Assembly: GCA_048938895.1 (NCBI GenBank)
Contig: JBHLLU010000009.1
Coordinates: forward strand, 1 to 64,000
Direction: 5' to 3'
Source of the DNA: Promethearchaeota archaeon
GTDB taxonomy: Archaea > Asgardarchaeota > Lokiarchaeia > Sigyniarchaeales > SOKP01
DNA length: 64,000 nucleotides
Below the pieces are notes generated by a model. It was not told where the DNA came from and did no database searches. It saw only the letters and a program-made list of their open reading frames with translations. Of this stretch, positions 59,374 to 64,000 are shown piece by piece (position 1 is the first letter of the stretch; each line of letters starts with the position of its first letter). Position numbers and translations under genes: made by a program.

Positions 59374-61086
59374 TTATTTTTTAGCAAAGGGTTCAAGATC
59401 TAGTGCTTCAAATAATCCATCATTCGCTTCAATCGTACCTAAAAAGTGCCACTCCCCTTCTTCAACATTTTGACCATTTGCATATGTATTTGCCATATTA
59501 TAGAGCCTGTTAAAATTGTCATAGTGAAGAGCTATCCTGTTTTCAGCATAATCTCGCGCAGACCAAGTTGTTATTAAGAATTGCCAATCACTGCTCTCAA
59601 GTAACAATAATTCTCGTGCCATTTGCTTGAGGATTTTAATCAGATTAGGATCATGTGAATATTTATGTTTAGCTATAATCTCTTCACTCTTAGCTTCACA
59701 TTCATAAATTCTAGACCACGTCCACGTTGTCCATTCATTAAGCCACACCCAATGAGATGATGCTTGACCCCACGATCCCTCAATCACACTAACAACTTTA
59801 TTTGGGGGATTATTTTCTGCGTAAATTCTAGTATTTGTTAGATTTATTTCAGGATCATCTTCCATCCATCTAAGGATGCGTGATATCCACCAGTTTCCTT
59901 CAAACCACCAGTGTCCGAAGAGTTCTGCATCGTAGGGTGCCACTATAATACCCTTTCTTTCAAATCGATGTTTATAATCTCTTAATATGTCTTTAGCTAG
60001 ATTTATGTAATGACTAGCATTCTCATCTAGTTTGTTTGGAACATCTTCTGGCCAATAAAGCATTTTCTTACCTAGATCGAGTTTTGGGCTCGTAACCTTC
60101 CAGTACTTCAAACCTCCAGGAAAATGTTTCTTATGGAAGTCTAAATATTCTGCACAACCGGGATAACCATGTTCCCCCGACCAAACCACTATACCCGTTT
60201 TTTCATCTCTAGTAAAGAAACCAACTGGACCGGGAGTGCTGGGATCAGTGGAAACCAAGTAAGGTTCATATTGTGATTTTTCAAAAGAAGTTGGAATTTC
60301 TTCATATTGTGATTCAAATTGCTTCCATAATTCAGCTAGCAAGGGAAAACGAGCAGCATAAACACCCTGTGATTTTCCGCCAAGCAATAAAGCAGTATCA
60401 ATGAAGAAGTATTTTAATCCATTTTTCGCTAGGAAATATTCTAAACCAGGTCTATCATATTCCTCACCAGTTATTGGATTTTTCCATCGGTATCCTGGAC
60501 GATAAGCACATTCAGGCAACCAAACACCTGTAGGAGATCTTCCAAAATGTCTTTTATAATTATCAACAGCTGTTTTAAATTGAGCATCAATAGAACTTTC
60601 CTTAGAAAGAAGGGGTGCGTATCCATGGGTTGCTCCGCAGGTTATAATGTCTAATAAACCCATATCTTGTAGTTTTTTAAACTCACCTACAATATCTTTA
60701 TTATATCGGTGTAGGAAATCTTCCTTTACTCGGGAATAGAACTCCTGCCACCATTTCGTTAGTTTAATCCTTCCTTCTTCATATTTATTTTCGGTGAAAT
60801 CATTGTAATCATAAACAGCGGCGTTATATTTCTCATCTAAATACCCTTGAAATCCATCAATAAAGGTGGGATGACGTAACATCTCACATAAAACAGGAGT
60901 AAGGGTTAATGTCAATTTTGGTTTATATCCATCATCAACAAGTTTATTAAGTTCCATCAATAAGGGGATATAAGTTTCAGCTGCTGCTTCATTGAGCCAA
61001 TCTGTCCCATGGGGCCAGACGCCATGATTAAGAACCCACGGTAAATGAGCATGAAGCGTCAGGCAATAACTACCAATTTCACTCAT
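59374..61086 (-). CDS. GH57 1,4-alpha-glucan branching enzyme
   Basis: LHAHLPW, WLNEAAAETYIP, CGATHGY, WLPECAY, YDAELFGHWWFEG, EGSWG, SSDWQF. Confidence 0.9.
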   Translation of the reverse strand: MSEIGSYCLTLHAHLPWVLNHGVWPHGTDWLNEAAAETYIPLLMELNKLVDDGYKPKLTLTLTPVLCEMLRHPTFIDGFQGYLDEKYNAAVYDYNDFTENKYEEGRIKLTKWWQEFYSRVKEDFLHRYNKDIVGEFKKLQDMGLLDIITCGATHGYAPLLSKESSIDAQFKTAVDNYKRHFGRSPTGVWLPECAYRPGYRWKNPITGEEYDRPGLEYFLAKNGLKYFFIDTALLLGGKSQGVYAARFPLLAELWKQFESQYEEIPTSFEKSQYEPYLVSTDPSTPGPVGFFTRDEKTGIVVWSGEHGYPGCAEYLDFHKKHFPGGLKYWKVTSPKLDLGKKMLYWPEDVPNKLDENASHYINLAKDILRDYKHRFERKGIIVAPYDAELFGHWWFEGNWWISRILRWMEDDPEINLTNTRIYAENNPPNKVVSVIEGSWGQASSHWVWLNEWTTWTWSRIYECEAKSEEIIAKHKYSHDPNLIKILKQMARELLLLESSDWQFLITTWSARDYAENRIALHYDNFNRLYNMANTYANGQNVEEGEWHFLGTIEANDGLFEALDLEPFAKK

Positions 61087-61251
61087 AATTTCTCAATGAA
61101 TAAATTATAGTATAGTATATAATTCTATCTTAAATACTTAAAAGATAATGATGATTAATTAAAAACGGTAAAGTTATATAATGTAGTTTAGTTAGGTATT
61201 ATTATTATATCCAATCAAAAATAAATCATAAATTTAAAATTGCAATCTTAA

Positions 61252-62640
61252 ATGACTCTTACACCAATAAAAAATCTTAATGAACTGAACAAAAACGGGA
61301 GAATTATTGGTAAGGCAAATTATGTTTTCACACCAGAAATATCAAGTTCAATTGGTTCTATCCATGGGAGTTTATTTAATCAGAATGAATCTATTGTTAT
61401 GGGAAGAGATTATCATAATGATAGCAGAATGTTGAAAAGGGCATATACATCTGGTGTGATGTCTACAGGAATTAACCTTCTAAATTTATCAGATAGTACT
61501 TTTCCCCTGGTACAATTTACAATTAGACGATTTGGAGCTAGTGGTGGTGTATACTTTTCAGGAGGTCATCTATTTAGTGAAGATGTGGGAATAAGGTTCT
61601 TAGATGCTGGAGGAATAGAAGTTTCAAAGAGCCAAATTCAAAAGATAATTGATTCTTATAATTCCTATCCAAAGCAAGTAAGGAGAGTTGATCCGAATGA
61701 AATTGGACAAATTACCACTATTTATCAGACTTCTGACATTTACATTAAGTCTTTACAACAATTTGTCGATAAGAAAAAAATTAAGAAAGCTAACTTAAAA
61801 ATAGTTGTAGATTGTTCATATGGTCCTACGGGTAAGATAACTCCACTTCTAATAAACGAAATCGGGGTTGAAGTAATTGCTTTGAATACTCATTACCGTG
61901 AAAGGTCTTCTAGTCCTGTACCAAGCATCAATACTATAAGAAATACTGCGGATATAGTTAAGGCTTCAAATAGTCATCTTGGAGTGTGTTTTGACGTAGA
62001 TGGTTCACGAATATTGGTTGTTGATGAAAATGGTTTAGAGATTTGTTTTGAAGATTTACTTATGTTATTTGTAAGTTTTGATAAGCGTATCCAAAACTCA
62101 AGAGCAAATACAATTATAACAACACCTTCAATTCCTCCTGTGGTAAAGGATTTTATAGAAAATGGAGGTTTTCCTATTAAACAAGTTGAGAATTACCCTG
62201 GGGAAATTTCTAGACAAATTAGAGAGGAGAGAGCTTGTTTTGCCGCAGCAGACACGTTGAAGTTTTATTTTCCAGAGTGGGCTCCTTTTTCTGATGGTAA
62301 TTTTATTTTACTTAAGATTCTTGATATAATGACAAATCAAGATGATCTACTCAGTTCTCTAACTAAAGGATTTCCAAAAGGTACAAAGATTAATAAAACA
62401 GTTCCAATTTCTCAAGATCTTTTAGACAATATACATAATCGATTAAGAGAGGCTGCCGAAGAATCAGGATATAGATACCATGATATCATAAATGAATTAA
62501 AAGTCATAGACAATAATGGTTATGCTCTGATAAAAGTGGCTTTACATAGGAATGCAATACTCTTATCTGCGGAATCCGTGCATAAAGAGGAAGCTCAGAA
62601 AATGATTGATAAGCTAGAAAAGATAATTTTAAAACTCTAA
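61252..62640 (+). CDS. Phosphohexomutase (PGM/PMM)-fold protein with degenerate active site
   Basis: GRDY..DSRMLKRA, GGVYFSGGH (no phospho-Ser), VVDCSYG, FDVDGSR. Confidence 0.75.
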   Translation: MTLTPIKNLNELNKNGRIIGKANYVFTPEISSSIGSIHGSLFNQNESIVMGRDYHNDSRMLKRAYTSGVMSTGINLLNLSDSTFPLVQFTIRRFGASGGVYFSGGHLFSEDVGIRFLDAGGIEVSKSQIQKIIDSYNSYPKQVRRVDPNEIGQITTIYQTSDIYIKSLQQFVDKKKIKKANLKIVVDCSYGPTGKITPLLINEIGVEVIALNTHYRERSSSPVPSINTIRNTADIVKASNSHLGVCFDVDGSRILVVDENGLEICFEDLLMLFVSFDKRIQNSRANTIITTPSIPPVVKDFIENGGFPIKQVENYPGEISRQIREERACFAAADTLKFYFPEWAPFSDGNFILLKILDIMTNQDDLLSSLTKGFPKGTKINKTVPISQDLLDNIHNRLREAAEESGYRYHDIINELKVIDNNGYALIKVALHRNAILLSAESVHKEEAQKMIDKLEKIILKL

Positions 62641-62775
62641 GTTCACAAAAGAACTTAAAGATCTAATTCAAATTATTAAAATTATATTATTATATTTAGA
62701 ATTAAAAATTTAAAACAAAAGCAACTAATTATATAATAATATAAATTAACTTAAGAACAAGTAAAAGATGATTTT

Positions 62776-63435
62776 ATGGTCGATGCTAGTGCTGTTATCG
62801 TTATAATTACTTTTTTTGTGATTTATGGTATATTTTTGGTTTTTGATCTATTCAAAAGAAATGAAAAATACGCATATTTAAGCTATATTGTTGCAGTGCT
62901 TCCTGTCAACTTCTATTGGGGTTTAGGCTACGATGTTTTATTTGCTTACGTTATTCTTTTCATCTTATGGATCATCAGCTTATTACGAGACACAATTGCT
63001 ATGTATCTCAAAAGAGATAAAGAGATAAATGAGATTCTTTTGTACCTAACACTTGCTATTATTATTCAACTAATAATTAGTGCAATATTACCAGAAGTAA
63101 ATTCTGATTTAACGAATTACACCGAACAAGTATTATACTTTTGGTTACCAAACGTTCATTCTGCTGTTTTCAGAGAAAGTACAGCAATAATCTTTAAAGT
63201 GACCGCGACAATATTGGTACTCTTAGTGATTGTCCCTTTAATCATAGATATAAGGGATGAAGAAGCAACATTACCCGTCTTAATTTTATTTGTTGCCATA
63301 TTTATACTCCCCTTTCTATATTTAAGCTATATATGGCTTCCTGAGGCAATGGGTGTTATGACATTTTTATTTTCAGTAGTACTCTTTTTAGTTTTGCTTC
63401 TTATAACGCGGTCTGGCAAGGAAATAAAAAAATAG
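62776..63435 (+). CDS. Hypothetical polytopic membrane protein (about 7 TM)
   Basis: Multiple hydrophobic helices. Confidence 0.65.
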   Translation: MVDASAVIVIITFFVIYGIFLVFDLFKRNEKYAYLSYIVAVLPVNFYWGLGYDVLFAYVILFILWIISLLRDTIAMYLKRDKEINEILLYLTLAIIIQLIISAILPEVNSDLTNYTEQVLYFWLPNVHSAVFRESTAIIFKVTATILVLLVIVPLIIDIRDEEATLPVLILFVAIFILPFLYLSYIWLPEAMGVMTFLFSVVLFLVLLLITRSGKEIKK

Positions 63436-63540
63436 TCTGTAATTCTTCAAACAACTTTTTCTTATTATTTTTATATTTATTTCACGAATAAATAGTACTT
63501 TATGAGGAATTCAAATAGTAATATTTCTTTATATTCTGTA

Positions 63541-64000
63541 ATGGCAAAAAAAAAAGTTAGTGTTGATTCTGAAAATGAGGGTGTTGAGCCAATATCCAAA
63601 TCTTCTTATAGTTTAAAAGACCTTCCTGGTGTTGGAGATGCAACCTTAAAGAAATTAAAAGATGCAGGTATATTATCAGTTAGGACTTTAGCGATGTATC
63701 CTTTGAGTAAACTGACTGATGAGGTCGGATTAGGAGACAAAACTGCTGAAAAATTAGTTAAAACTGCTCAAGACGTAGAAAACATGAAATTTAAATCTGC
63801 TGATGAAATTTGGGAAAAACGTAAACTATTAAACAAACTCTCTACAGGTAGCCAGAATTTTGACGATTTATTAGGTGGAGGAATTGAACCTGGTGCGGTT
63901 ACTGAGCTTTTTGGTGAATACCGTACAGGAAAAACTCAATTAGCCCATCAATTATGTGTGAATGTACAGTTACCATATGAGGAAGGTGGGCTTGAGGGTA
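63541..64000 (+). CDS. radA: DNA repair and recombination protein RadA, partial (runs off the window end)
   Basis: Manual translation: MAKKKVSV...[19 protein letters not shown]...[46 protein letters not shown]. Confidence 0.93.
   Translation, partial: MAKKKVSVDSENEGVEPISKSSYSLKDLPGVGDATLKKLKDAGILSVRTLAMYPLSKLTDEVGLGDKTAEKLVKTAQDVENMKFKSADEIWEKRKLLNKLSTGSQNFDDLLGGGIEPGAVTELFGEYRTGKTQLAHQLCVNVQLPYEEGGLEG

Overview
AT-rich archaeal chromosomal window, most likely an Asgard archaeon of the Lokiarchaeia/Promethearchaeota type. This is inferred from archaeal RadA, CdhA and MtrH-like genes alongside gelsolin, Arf/Rag-like small GTPases, longin/roadblock, V4R, SNAP-like and RING proteins. About 50 CDS; no tRNA, rRNA, CRISPR array or transposase was recognised. 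Best candidate for an undescribed system: a two-gene operon (3728-5775) encoding a class I SAM methyltransferase fused to a full HgcA-like corrinoid membrane protein (variant cap helix NVWCAARG), followed by an HgcB-like 2x[4Fe-4S] ferredoxin ending in Cys-Cys. Other highlights: (1) repeated signs of ATA/ATC/ATT translation starts behind strong Shine-Dalgarno sites; (2) a gelsolin whose C-terminal helical repeat domain also occurs as a stand-alone gene; (3) tandem receptor-like proteins with cytoplasmic longin-like domains; (4) a trafficking/ubiquitin-like cluster at 29.7-42.8 kb; (5) two unannotated paralogous microproteins of about 50 aa; (6) a repeat-bounded cassette slot between a USP gene and a solute-binding protein; (7) an alpha-glucan metabolism cluster with a catalytically degenerate phosphohexomutase. 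All calls come from motif reading; no database searches were run.
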